From contig JAVJQW010000023.1 of NCBI GenBank assembly GCA_040218735.1, positions 1-64,000 on the forward strand: a DNA stretch of 64,000 nucleotides, in the 5' to 3' direction. The DNA is from Deltaproteobacteria bacterium (GTDB lineage Bacteria > Myxococcota > Kuafuiibacteriia > Kuafuiibacteriales > Kuafuiibacteriaceae). The notes beneath the pieces are model-generated. The model was given only the letters and a program-made list of their open reading frames with translations. It was not told the origin of the DNA and made no database searches. The position numbers were made by a program, and so were the translations under genes. Positions 37,544 to 47,083 of this stretch are shown here, piece by piece (position 1 is the first letter of the stretch; every line of letters starts with the position of its first letter).

Positions 37544-37610
37544 GAGACCAAGAATCGGCGAACCCGGGTCTGACCTTGAGAGGGGGTCTCTGGGTTAGGA
37601 TGGAGCGGTC

Positions 37611-38884
37611 GTGCGTGCGGCCCGAGTCGCCTCGTTCTGGATCGTCGTCACGGCCGCGTGCGGGTCCGAGTCCGATCTGTTCGTGAAACGCGTCTGGGGC
37701 GAATCCGAGGCCGCCATCCTCGTCGCCGTCGCCGAGTCCGGCGAGCGGACGCCGATCGTCGTCGCCGCTTCGGCGGGCGTCCGCGAGGCGACGTTCGAAG
37801 CGGAGGGTGACGTCACCTACTACGCGCAGACCTTCGAAGAGCTCGAAGGTCGGGACGTCTCGCAGTGCACGGTCACGTTCGGCCCCAACGACGACCTCGC
37901 GTTGGGCACCGCGCACCGATCTTGGATCGGCCAGCGCGACGGCGACGCGATTCAGTGGTCCCTCGAAGACGTGCCGCGCGCCTTCGACCTCCGCATTCGC
38001 GGCTGCGAGCGGCCCCGCGGGAGCTGCGACGTGGGGATCGAGCTGTTGGACGGCGGCCCCAGCGTCAGTGGGCTGTTCGCGACCGCGGTGCTCGACGACG
38101 ACACCGCCCTCTTCGCCGGCGCGCGTCGCGGCGACGGCGATATGAGCACCCTCACCATGCGCTACGACCGCGGAACGGTGTCGACGCTCCCTCCCGATCC
38201 GAACCTCATCGGAAAGATCCAAGCCGTCGAGTACGACGGTGACCGCATCATCGCCGCGCAGGGTGATCACCTCCTCCAGCTCGACCGACGGGGGGTCGTC
38301 ACTGCGTCGGTCGCGGTCGGCTTTGCGATCGAAGCCATGGAGATCGGGAGCGACGGTGCGGCGTTCCTGATGTCGTCGGACGGCGAGCTCGCGTTTGTCG
38401 CGCCGGGCACGCTCAGGCCGACCGCCTTCGCACCGCCACGCTACGGCGAGTTGACCGGCGGCGAGGTGAACCTCGACGTCGTCGACGCCGACACCCTCGT
38501 CCTGCTCGGGCCGGACGGGAGTGTGTGGCACTACACCGAAGAGAAGTGGACCTTGCTCCTCGAACGCGTCGAGGCGCGGGTGATCGCCACGGACGGCCGC
38601 GACGTGCTCCTCGCGCGCAACCACGCGTCCGTGCTCATCCACCGCATCGGGGGGTCGGACTGGGAGGGGATCAGCGTCGCGTTCAACCAACAGAACGCCA
38701 TCCACGCCGAAGCGATCGGGGGCGGACGGTTCATCATCACCGGGCAGACCGGCACCGTCATGTACTACGATGGCGCGATGGCCTGCACCGTACCGTCCGC
38801 GACCGATCGGAACATCGAGGACTTCGACCTGAGCCCGAGCGGCGACGTCGCGTTCGCGGTGGGCGAGCACTTCAGCGCGACTGA
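37611..38884 (+). CDS. Lipoprotein with beta-propeller repeats; stop codon apparently out of frame (open frame runs to 39656)
   Basis: Lipobox TAAC; propeller-like motifs end near AFAVGE; downstream translation is antisense shadow of the kinase; TGA at 38882 is one base out of frame. Confidence 0.6.
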
Positions 38885-40682
38885 CCGAGGTCGACGACTC
38901 CGCCGCCGGCGCGAGCCAACGACGCACCGACTCTTCGAGGCGCGGGCGTGCGACGGGTTTCGACAGGAAGTCACACATGCCGGCGTTCTCGCAGCGCACA
39001 CGATCGGCGTCGGTGACATACGCGGTCACCGCGATGACGGGGACCGGCGTCTGGGCAGTGCTCGTGATGCGCTCCGTCGCCTCCCACCCGTTCATCACCG
39101 GCATCTCGCAGTCCATGAAGATCGCGTCGTAGTCCGCGGCGGCCGCGCGCTCGACGGCCTCCTGTCCGTTGGTCGCTTCGTCGACCTCCAGGCCGAGCTT
39201 CTTCAACATCCGCGACAGGACCATGCGGTTGACGCGGTTGTCGTCGACCACGAGCACGCGGCGCCCACCGACGGCGCTGACCGGCGGCGGCGGTGGCGCT
39301 TCGACGATGCGCGCGGGCACGCGGACGGTGATCGTCGTCCCGAGGCCGAGCTTCGACTGGATCTCGATCGTACCCCCCATTCGACGGAGGACCCGATCCA
39401 CCATCGCGAGGCCGAGCCCCGCCCCGCCGAACGACCGCGTCGCCGCGTCGTTGACCTGGTAGAAGAGGTCGAAGATTCGCTCGAGGTATTCGTCCGGGAT
39501 CCCGATCCCGGTGTCACGCACCGTCAGCAGCATGCCTCCGCCGTCCGCGCTCAAGCGCACGTGCACGTGACCCTCCGGCGTGAACTTGACGGCGTTCTCG
39601 ATGAGTCGCTCCGCGACGATGAGCAACCCGTCGGCATCACAACGCACCCGATGTGACAGCTCGGGTGCGACGTCGAAGCAAAACTCCAGGTTGCACCGCT
39701 GCGCAGCCCGGCGTGTCCGGTCGATGACCGGCGCGAGGTGTTTCTCGACGCTCACCTCGCCAATAGGAACGACGAGGTCCTCGGTTCCGCCGTCGGCAAG
39801 CGCGAGAACGTCTTCGATCAGGCGGGTGAGGTTGGCGGCCGAGTCCTCGAGCGCGACGCGGAAGTCTTCGCGAGAGATGGAGTCCGCTTCATCGAGCACG
39901 CCGCTCATCGAGCCTACGATTCCATTGAGTGGAGTCCGGAGCTCATGGCTCATGATCGAGAGGAAACGACGCTTCACCTCCAGGGCGCGCTGCATCTCCT
40001 CGTGGGCGACCTCGAGGCGACGGTATTGTGCGTTGAGCTCTTCTTGCTGACGGTTGAGCTCCTCGAGCGCCGCCTGGCCTGCGAACAGCGCTCGGAAGGC
40101 GCGACGGATGCGCGCCGGTAGCGTTTGTGACTGCGGCGGACGAACGAGGTACGTGCCGCGTCGGTCGTCGAGCTCGAAGTGCACCTCGGCGTCGGGGAGG
40201 CCCAGCAAACGTGGGAGCGCCTGCAGGATGCCGCGTGTGATGAGAAAGAATCCGACCGACGTTCGGTAGGGCTCCGGGATCTCGACGACGATGCGGATCT
40301 CGCCGTTCGGGAGCTCCGTCTGTTCGGAGCGAAGGTTGCTGAACGTGCGCTTGAACCCGAAGCCGTGGCCCACCGTGTAGAGCACCTTCGGGCTCGCCAC
40401 GACGGAGAGCACGCGGAGCATCCCGCCGAACTTCGGCAGCTTGAGCGCGGAGCGCCCGCACTCTTCGAGGGAGATCTTCCCCGCGGCTGCGACCGCCATA
40501 CGGTCGTAGAGCACACAGGCTTCCTCCCAGCTGAATCGCTTCGGGCGGTCGAGGAGGTGCTCATAGCCCTCGAGGATGGCGGCCTCGGAGCCGAGCAGCA
40601 GCTCCCCGCACACGAGGAACGGTTCGAGCGCCTCGCCGGCGACCTCCTCGCCTCCGTGGTGGACCGTGACCTCAGACCCCAT
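38872..40682 (-). CDS. Hybrid sensor histidine kinase (N-terminal sensor, HisKA, HATPase, REC); stop apparently out of frame (open frame runs to 37059)
   Basis: MSHELRTPLNGI, ENAVKFT, DTGIGI, GAGLGL, LVVDDN, FMDCEMP, FLSKP. Confidence 0.88.
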
Positions 40683-40731
40683 CTCGTATCTGATGTCGGA
40701 CGCCCTGCGACGAAATTCAGTGGCCGGGCGA

Positions 40732-42360
40732 TCAGGCGCGCATCGCCGACACCCGCCCGTTGGCGTTGTGGAGCCGACCGCGGTGTGGCGCAGTGACCAC
40801 CCACTCGTACCAGGCGCGCCGGGTGCGGGAGCGCCGGAAGAGCTCGACGCGGAGCGTAGACGCCTCGCGAATCCCGAAGGGTTGCGCAAACGGCAGGTAC
40901 ATCGGACTCCAGCTGCGCATCCCGGGCGTCGCGTCTTGGGGGACGATCGACAACCGAACGCCGTCGGCGAGCTCCATATCGAAGAACGCGCCGAGACCGT
41001 GGGCGACGCCGTCTGCCTCGATTTGAAACGCTACGGCCGCGTGCTGATCGAGCGGCTCCTCGCCGGGGTGTGTGAAATGAAAGACCGGCTGCGGCGGAGC
41101 GAGGAGACACGCGCGGTCCAGGGTGATCGTGTAGAGCTTTTCGGGCTCCGCCACCGCCATCGCGAGGGACTCGGCGTGCAGCGGAGCGACGTAGCTCGTG
41201 TATGCGCGCGGGATCGAAACGCCGTCCCCCGCGAGGTGTCGTTCGATCGGTCGCAGGCACTCCGGCGACAGCTCGTTGTCACCAAAGCCACCGAGGAGCT
41301 CGCTGACGAGGACGTCGATCGGAGCGTCGGGTACCCAGCTCCGCATGTCCGCGTCGACGACCTTCGCTGCGTTTCTCCACTCGCGTTCGTTGCGCGCGTG
41401 GAGCGTCGCGCGCGCACCGGGGTTCTTCTCGAGCAGGACGAGTCGAATCCTTCGGTTCAGGAACTGCGCGGCGCGAAGGACCTGGTCCACCAACCCACCG
41501 CGCCCCGCCCCCGCGACGACGACGTGTGTGTCGTCCGGGCGATCACGAAGCACGGCGAGGGCGGCCTCGTGGTACGCGCGGTACTTCACCGGGTCACTCT
41601 CGATCACCTCGTACGTCGCGCTCGGGATGTCGTCGCCGAGGGGCTCGACCGGGATGATCGGGGCGTTGGCAAATGCCGCCGCGTGGTGGTGCTGCGCAGA
41701 CACCCCCGCCCACGCCGCGCGATAGGCTTCGTCGAGGTCGTTGCGCTGCTCGGGGTCCGTGAGCAGCACACGTTCGCCGAAGCTCCGGAACAACCGCTCG
41801 AACGCCGGCCACGCCTTCGACGCGACCACGAGCTCCACCGGCTCGGCGCACCATCGTTCGACGACGCCCTTGGACGGAGGGCGCTTCGTCGCGTCGAGCG
41901 CCACGTGTACGCGCGAGTGATGTGCAAAGAACCACCGCGCGTCGTCGTAGAGCGACCAGCCGGCCTCCGACCACGGGACGAGCAACCAGGCGTGCGCCGG
42001 TCCGCGCTCGATCAGCGACGCGATCGCCGCGAGCTGCGCGGTGGTCGTCTTCTTCGACAGCGGTAGCATCACCGCGGGGAGGCCGAGGTACACCGCGCGC
42101 TCCACCTGCGCTTCGATCGACTGCCCGGGCGCGATCGCACCGACGATGCGCCGACGCCAGGTCGCCGCGTCGAGCTCTCGGTCGTGATAGGCGGTCGAGG
42201 CGAGGTCGATGAGCGCGAGCTCCCCCCCGAGGCGCGCGACCTGGTTCAGCCCTACCTGCAGGCCGTGGTCGAGGCCGACCTGGACGACGTAGGTGAGGCG
42301 ACGGAGATCGGGCTGGGTGAGGCGCGCGTAGAGACGCGCCATGTCCTCGGAGCTGGTCAT
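40732..42360 (-). CDS. PRMT5/Skb1/Hsl7-like protein arginine N-methyltransferase
   Basis: AVYLGLPAVMLPL, ERWCAEP, TYEVIESDPVKY, VAGAGRGGLV, LEKNP, ADMRSW, VSELLGGFGDNELSPECL, GVSIPRAYTSY, PGMRSWSP, WYEW, HNANGR, collinear with eukaryotic PRMT5. Confidence 0.9.
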   Translation of the reverse strand: MTSSEDMARLYARLTQPDLRRLTYVVQVGLDHGLQVGLNQVARLGGELALIDLASTAYHDRELDAATWRRRIVGAIAPGQSIEAQVERAVYLGLPAVMLPLSKKTTTAQLAAIASLIERGPAHAWLLVPWSEAGWSLYDDARWFFAHHSRVHVALDATKRPPSKGVVERWCAEPVELVVASKAWPAFERLFRSFGERVLLTDPEQRNDLDEAYRAAWAGVSAQHHHAAAFANAPIIPVEPLGDDIPSATYEVIESDPVKYRAYHEAALAVLRDRPDDTHVVVAGAGRGGLVDQVLRAAQFLNRRIRLVLLEKNPGARATLHARNEREWRNAAKVVDADMRSWVPDAPIDVLVSELLGGFGDNELSPECLRPIERHLAGDGVSIPRAYTSYVAPLHAESLAMAVAEPEKLYTITLDRACLLAPPQPVFHFTHPGEEPLDQHAAVAFQIEADGVAHGLGAFFDMELADGVRLSIVPQDATPGMRSWSPMYLPFAQPFGIREASTLRVELFRRSRTRRAWYEWVVTAPHRGRLHNANGRVSAMRA

Positions 42361-42376
42361 GCGCGGCGAGCGTAGC

Positions 42377-43057
42377 TCAGCGAACGCGAATCGGAGACTT
42401 TTCGTAGCGGGTCAGAACGACCTTCACGTAGCGGCGCGTCTCGGCGAACGGCGGGACGCCGCGGTGTCGGGCGACAGCGGCGGGTCCGGCGTTGTACGCG
42501 GCGACGGCGAGCTTCAGGGAACCGAAGCGGTCGAACATCTTCCGCAGGTACCGCGCGCCGCCCATGATGTTCTGGCGCGGGTCGAAGGCATCGCGCACGC
42601 CGACCTCGGCGGCGGTCGCGGGCATGAGCTGCATCAACCCCCGCGCGCCTGCGCTCGAGACGGCGTTGGGCCGATAACCGGACTCGGTGCGAATGACGGC
42701 GTCGATCAGCGCGGCCGGGAGCCCCGTGGCCCGTGACGCTTCTTCGATGAACGGAGCGAGCGCCGAGTAGTTGGAGCGTGAGGGACCGAGCGTCGCGAAG
42801 TGCGGCTTCTTGCCGGGCGGCTCCATGACGTCCGGCTCGAAGTAGGAGTCCGGCGGCGCACCCGGGCGGACATCGCGTGCGAGCAGGATGCCGAGCGCCT
42901 CGGTCTCGTCCCAGTCCATGAACTCTTCGTAGCCGACGACGATGTCGTCACCCATGACGTCGGCCGCGAAGTTGAGCGCCTCCGCGAGGTCGTTCGCGTG
43001 CGCGACCACGGGGACCGCGGCGAACGTGAAGACCAGCACCGAACGCAGGACGTGCAT
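42377..43057 (-). CDS. Lytic transglycosylase (SLT domain)
   Basis: AVIRTESG, AVSSAGARGLMQLMPAT, AAYNAGP, PPFAETRRYV; signal peptide from ATG 43057. Confidence 0.93.
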   Translation of the reverse strand: MHVLRSVLVFTFAAVPVVAHANDLAEALNFAADVMGDDIVVGYEEFMDWDETEALGILLARDVRPGAPPDSYFEPDVMEPPGKKPHFATLGPSRSNYSALAPFIEEASRATGLPAALIDAVIRTESGYRPNAVSSAGARGLMQLMPATAAEVGVRDAFDPRQNIMGGARYLRKMFDRFGSLKLAVAAYNAGPAAVARHRGVPPFAETRRYVKVVLTRYEKSPIRVR

Positions 43058-43153
43058 CGTCTCGATAGGGTTGTCGGCAACCCGTCCTTCGAGGTTGCGC
43101 CAAAAAGATCGGTTGCGCCAGGGGGCGCCGTGGGGGTGTATGGGGGCGTTCTC

Positions 43154-44005
43154 GTGGGCACGCACCACCTCGTACAGCTCGGGCCCGATCATGCAGAGAT
43201 CGCGCTCGCTTACTGCCAACGGCGCCCGCATCGCACGACGTTCCTGGCGGGGTGGATTCAGGACGGAGGTTTGTCCGAAGACCCGCGTGCGCCGCGCGCG
43301 TGGCTGTTCGCCGACATCGACGACGAGGGCGCCATTCAGGGCCTCGTCTACATCTCCGACACGGGCATCGTGCTCCCGGTCTCCTCCCAGGCGGACGGGT
43401 TGGACGGCCTCGTGGAGATCGCGCGCCGAAACCCGACGGCGGTGCGGGTGATCGTCGGCGAGCGCACGTTGGTCGCTTCGCTGTGGCGACGCATTCAGCC
43501 GTTCGGCTTCACGGCGCGGATCGACCGCAACCAGCTCGGCTACTCCGTGAGCGCCGGGAGCTTCGCCGACACCACTTCACACACCCTCGTCCGCGCGAGC
43601 GACACACACCTCGATCAGCTCGTCGAAGCCTCCGCCGCGATGGCACGCGAAGAGGCGCGCGACGATCCGCAGTCGCGGAACCCGGCGCTGTTCCGCTCGC
43701 GCATTCACGATCGTGTGAAGCGCGGGCGTGACTTCCTCTTCGAGGAGGGCGGGCGCGTCACGTTCAAGTGCAACGTGTCGGCGCTGTCCAAGGTCGGCGG
43801 ACAGATCGAGGGCATCTACACCGTCCCGACGCGGCGCCGCACGGGCCTCGGTCGCGCGGGGACCATCGCGGTGACCGCTTGGGTCCTCGAGCGGAGCCCG
43901 CGCGCGTTCCTCCTCGTCAACGACGACAACGAAGCGGCGCTTCGGCTCTACGAGAGCCTCGGTTACGAGAAGCGGTTGGAGAGCCGGACGATCTTCGTCA
44001 AGTGA
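43154..44005 (+). CDS. GNAT family N-acetyltransferase
   Basis: QIEGIYTVPTRRRTGLG, LLVNDDNEAALRLYESLGY; start uncertain. Confidence 0.85.
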   Translation: MGTHHLVQLGPDHAEIALAYCQRRPHRTTFLAGWIQDGGLSEDPRAPRAWLFADIDDEGAIQGLVYISDTGIVLPVSSQADGLDGLVEIARRNPTAVRVIVGERTLVASLWRRIQPFGFTARIDRNQLGYSVSAGSFADTTSHTLVRASDTHLDQLVEASAAMAREEARDDPQSRNPALFRSRIHDRVKRGRDFLFEEGGRVTFKCNVSALSKVGGQIEGIYTVPTRRRTGLGRAGTIAVTAWVLERSPRAFLLVNDDNEAALRLYESLGYEKRLESRTIFVK

Positions 44006-47000
44006 CCGGCGGCGTGAGCCGTCGGATGAGCGCGGCGAGGTGCTCGTCGTCGAAACGCCCCGCCTCGAGCAGCGCCGCGGCGAGCGCGCGCATGACGACG
44101 ATCGTGTCCTCGTCGTCCAGGGCAGCGCCGGCGGCGAACTGTTCGACGAGCGCGCGCACGTGCTCCCCGGTCGGCGGCCCCTCCGCGACCTCCGCGAGCT
44201 CGATGTCCTCCGACGCGTCGGGGAGGTCGTCCGCGTCGGACGGCGCCTCGACCAGCGCTTCGGCGGGCAGCGGCACGGGTGCGTCGGGATCCAGCACGCG
44301 CTCGGCGTGCGCGAAGGCGTCCGCCCCGAGCGGGAGCGGCGCGTCGCCCGCGTTCGGCTCCGCGTTGATGAAGGCGTCTTCGCCGAGCGGGCGCGGCGCG
44401 TCCGGCGACGCGGCGGCGGCGTCCGGCTCCGCGTGCACGAAGGCGTCCGCGCCGAGCGGGCGCGGCGCGTCCGTCGAAGCAGCGGCGGCGTCCGGCTCCG
44501 CGTGCACGACGGCGTCCGCGCCGAGCGGGCGCGGCGCGTCCGTCGACGCGGCGTTTTCGTTCGGCTCCCCGCGACCGAGCGCGGGCGACGCAGCGGCGGC
44601 CACGTCCGGCTCCGCTTGAACGAAGTTGTCCGCGCCGAGCGGGCGCGGCGCGTCCGCGTCGTGCGGGAGCGAAGCGGCGCCCTTGGAGGGCGGGTCCGGA
44701 AGCGTCGCCACGTCGGCGGGCGGCGGCACGTCCCGGCGCGGGGCGTCCTCGTCCGCGGCGTCGTGGGACGCTGCCTCGAGCGCCGAGGTGTCGTGGGCAT
44801 CGGCCGACTCGCTTGCGATCGGCGCCGAGGCGTCGAGGGACGCCGCTTCGGGCGCCGAGGTGTCGTGGGCCTCGGCCGGCGCGTGGGCGTTCGCCGCCGA
44901 GGCGTCTAGGGACGCTGCTTCGGGCGCCGAGGTGTCGTGGGCCTCGACCGGCGCGTGGGCGCTCGGCGCCGAGGCGTCGTGGGACGCTGCCTCGGGCGCC
45001 GAGGTGTCGTGGGCATCGGCCCGCGCGTGGGCGCTCGGCGCCGAGGCGTCGTGGGCCTCGGCCGACTCGCTCGCGATCGGTTCGGGGGGATCCGAGCGCG
45101 GCCCCTCGCCGTCGGCAGCGACTTCGGCCGCGACCGGCGCGAGCGCCTCCGGCGTGCCGTCATGACCACCCGGGGGCTCGTTGTGCAACGCGAGGGAGGC
45201 CCCGTCATCCGCCGAATCATCGTCGGCCCCCGCAGCCGCGGCCGACTCTGCGCCGACGTCGAGTGGGCTCGGCTCGGCGCCCGCGCCGCCGCGCGACGGT
45301 TCCGCGCCGACGTCGGCGAGCGCGCGAACGACCGCCGCGTCGACGTCCCCGGGCGCGGCGATCTCTGCCTCGTTGGACGCTGGCGCCCCGGCCGAAGGCC
45401 GCTGCACGCGGTCGACCGTCACCGTGTTCGCCAAGTCTGGCGTAACGCGTTCTGCAGACACGGTGCTCGCCAGGTCCGCCGGCACCTCGGGCACCGCGTC
45501 CGCGGGCGGGACCTCCGCCGAGCCACCGAACTGCGGCGAGCTCGTCGCGCCGCCATCGTCGCCCGGCGCGCCGATCATCTCGCCCGGCGCACCGAACAGG
45601 CCTTCGGGCACCTCGGCGTCGACCGTCTGCGTTCCGACCTCGGGCGAAGCGTCGACGGTGTCGACGCCCTGCGGCTCCGGCTCTGCGATCATCGTCGGCA
45701 GCGCGCTGTCCGCGGGCTCGGGGATCTCGAAGTCTTCGGTCGGGGCTCCGGTCGGCGCCGACGTCGGCGTCGAGCTCGAGCCCCAGGACAACGCGGGATC
45801 GAGGAGGTCACCCCAGCTCGGCCCCGTATCGACGTCCTGGGCCGCCGGCTCGGGCGCCGTCGGCTCGGGGATGCTCGTCGGCGCCTCATCGACGGTGCCG
45901 TTCGTCGCGCCGCGCGGCTCGTCGACCCCGGCGAACGCGCCCAGCGGCTCCGGCGGTGGGAACGCGTCGTCGTCGCCCGGCGCCTCGGGCGCGACGCCCG
46001 GGTCGGTCGAGATTCCGGCGAGCGCCGCGTCGACCGCCGCGTTGGACGACTCCGCCTCGGACGTCAGGCCCGCGAAGGCCTCGTCGATCGCGACGTCCGC
46101 GGGATCCCGCGACGACGCATCACCGACGAACGGGGAGGACGCAGACAGACCGGACTGCTGCGTCGCCTGTTCGGCGAGGGGCGGCGGCGCCGATCGGACC
46201 TCTTCGTCGAACGCGGCGGCGAGCGCGTCGTCGAGGTTCACCTCCGGCGGACGATGCACGGCGTCGACGAGCTCGTTGACCGCCGGGAACGCGCCGGACT
46301 CGACGACGTCCTCCGCGATGAGGATGTCGTCCGACGTCTCGCCGGAGGACAGCGGGAGGAGGTCCTTCGACCCCATCGACTGCATCCGCGACGCCGGCAG
46401 CGGCGTCTCGCCCATCGCAACGGAGAGCGCAGCGGCGATGTCGGCGGTCGACTGCCCCATCGATGGCGACACGCCGCGCGGCGGCGTGGAAAACGCCGAT
46501 GCCCGTTCGACGGGCCCCGAGACCGGGCGCCCCTGGATGACGGGGATGTCGCTCGAAGGCTTGGGCGCCTCACCGTAGTGACGCGCGAGCGCGAGCTCCA
46601 TCTCCGTCTCGCCCGCGAGCATCCACCGCACGCGGGTGTTCGTTCCCACGACGGCCCGCAGCGCTTGCAGCGCCGTCTTGTCGAGCGGATCGGAGGTGGC
46701 GACATAGAGACAGTCGCGGCTGTCTTCGCGCTGGCGCGCGATCGGGAGCACGTGATGTTTGAACGCGAGCGCGGCCGGCACGAGCGCGAGCACGCGCTCG
46801 TGGATCGGCGTCATGATCGGATCACAAGGCTCGATCCCCAGCTGACGAGACAGCGCGTGGACGAGGCGCTCCTCGGTGATGACCCCCGCACGAACGAGGA
46901 TCTTGCCCAGGCGCATGCCGGATCGCTGTTGCTCTTCGAGCGCGGACTCGAGCTGAGCCGCGTCGATGAAACCCATGTCGATCAGGAGCGAACCGAGCTG

Positions 47001-47015
47001 TTGCCCCGCAGTCAT
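43998..47015 (-). CDS. MshEN/GspE-N domain protein with a very long acidic low-complexity region and no ATPase domain
   Basis: QLGSLLIDMGFI..LESALEEQ..RLGKILVRAGVI..LVHALSRQ; LYVATSDPLD; no Walker motifs downstream. Confidence 0.82.
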   Translation of the reverse strand: MTAGQQLGSLLIDMGFIDAAQLESALEEQQRSGMRLGKILVRAGVITEERLVHALSRQLGIEPCDPIMTPIHERVLALVPAALAFKHHVLPIARQREDSRDCLYVATSDPLDKTALQALRAVVGTNTRVRWMLAGETEMELALARHYGEAPKPSSDIPVIQGRPVSGPVERASAFSTPPRGVSPSMGQSTADIAAALSVAMGETPLPASRMQSMGSKDLLPLSSGETSDDILIAEDVVESGAFPAVNELVDAVHRPPEVNLDDALAAAFDEEVRSAPPPLAEQATQQSGLSASSPFVGDASSRDPADVAIDEAFAGLTSEAESSNAAVDAALAGISTDPGVAPEAPGDDDAFPPPEPLGAFAGVDEPRGATNGTVDEAPTSIPEPTAPEPAAQDVDTGPSWGDLLDPALSWGSSSTPTSAPTGAPTEDFEIPEPADSALPTMIAEPEPQGVDTVDASPEVGTQTVDAEVPEGLFGAPGEMIGAPGDDGGATSSPQFGGSAEVPPADAVPEVPADLASTVSAERVTPDLANTVTVDRVQRPSAGAPASNEAEIAAPGDVDAAVVRALADVGAEPSRGGAGAEPSPLDVGAESAAAAGADDDSADDGASLALHNEPPGGHDGTPEALAPVAAEVAADGEGPRSDPPEPIASESAEAHDASAPSAHARADAHDTSAPEAASHDASAPSAHAPVEAHDTSAPEAASLDASAANAHAPAEAHDTSAPEAASLDASAPIASESADAHDTSALEAASHDAADEDAPRRDVPPPADVATLPDPPSKGAASLPHDADAPRPLGADNFVQAEPDVAAAASPALGRGEPNENAASTDAPRPLGADAVVHAEPDAAAASTDAPRPLGADAFVHAEPDAAAASPDAPRPLGEDAFINAEPNAGDAPLPLGADAFAHAERVLDPDAPVPLPAEALVEAPSDADDLPDASEDIELAEVAEGPPTGEHVRALVEQFAAGAALDDEDTIVVMRALAAALLEAGRFDDEHLAALIRRLTPPVT
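44320..44660 (-). repeat. Coding tandem repeat, 69-bp unit
   Basis: gccgagcgggcgcggcgcg recurs at 44382, 44451 and 44520 (DAPRPLGADAFVHAEPDAAAAST). Confidence 0.8.
44760..45060 (-). repeat. Coding tandem repeat, 72-bp unit
   Basis: About four copies of a 24-aa unit containing AHDTSAPEAAS(H/L)DASA. Confidence 0.8.
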
Positions 47016-47083
47016 CGGCGTCCGGCAGCCTAATCCATAACGAGCCAGCGCTCCACGAAACGACCGCCGCCGCCGAGTCTTCT

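Noticed and set aside
37059-38871. 1276-aa hybrid kinase with a long C-terminal domain
   Set aside because: The tail is the antisense of the lipoprotein and PilZ genes; better explained by a missed stop near 38872
40732-42360. Eukaryotic contamination as the source of the PRMT5-like gene
   Set aside because: Intronless, GC-rich and tightly packed between bacterial genes; only read mapping could fully exclude a chimera
44320-45060. CRISPR-like array in the tandem repeats (also 26215-26415)
   Set aside because: Units are multiples of three inside a CDS, there are no unique spacers, and no cas genes are present
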